Of a stretch of DNA of 64,000 nucleotides, positions 63,971 through 64,000 are shown piece by piece (position 1 is the first letter of the stretch; each line of letters begins with the position of its first letter). The notes under the pieces were generated by a model. That model was not told where the DNA came from and did no database searches. It worked only from the letters and a program-made list of their open reading frames with translations. The DNA is from Octopus bimaculoides (taxonomy: Eukaryota): the NCBI RefSeq assembly GCF_001194135.2, contig NC_069001.1:30159287-30223286 (forward strand), written 5' to 3'. The position numbers and the translations under genes were made by a program.

Positions 63971-64000
63971 ATGCATATATATATATATATATATATATAT

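Larger units (their letters stand above)
1..64000. repeat. Pervasive microsatellites: (TA)n, (CA)n, (GA)n, (TAA)n, (GAT)n, (TAG)n, (GATA)n, (GCAC)n
   Basis: Seen directly, e.g. (TA)n 4721-4795 and 24860-24937, (GCAC)n 11618-11656, (CAT)n 14198-14242, (GATA)n 43160-43192. These runs produce the YIYI/THTH/IIII 'ORFs' in the track. Confidence 0.98.

Overview
AT-rich eukaryotic DNA, mostly intronic or intergenic, from a fragmented short-read assembly (15 N-gaps, most flanked by (TA)n). The repeat families look like those of Octopus; I base this on recall of these sequences, not on a search. There is no complete gene and no long real ORF: nearly every entry in the ORF track is microsatellite, N-gap or low-complexity read-through. 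The best-supported coding piece is a GC-rich, probably first, coding exon on the minus strand (12063-11956, MNQLQRRLQHNGLRPSIMVTRAEESEAIMPVQKPVH, followed by a GTGAGT donor). It contains a PxIxIT-like calcineurin-docking motif. A few weaker exon candidates also exist. The rest is a dense set of mobile elements: about 35 copies of four tRNA-derived SINE families (my labels A-D); three distinct R4/Dong-type REL-endonuclease LINE fragments sitting in (TAA)n; CR1 and RTE LINE fragments; a mariner C-terminus; a MITE; two Penelope-like termini; and a possible Helitron remnant. I cannot demonstrate a new biological system. The best leads are: (1) a (TAA)n-centred retroelement chain that includes a discrete non-coding element present twice; (2) three different SINEs stacked at one repeated 18-bp target; (3) a CR1 3' end that shares sequence and a stem-loop with the SINE-B tail; (4) a hammerhead-ribozyme-like core in the Penelope-like termini; and (5) a cluster of perfect inverted repeats and a duplication 2-3 kb upstream of the coding exon.
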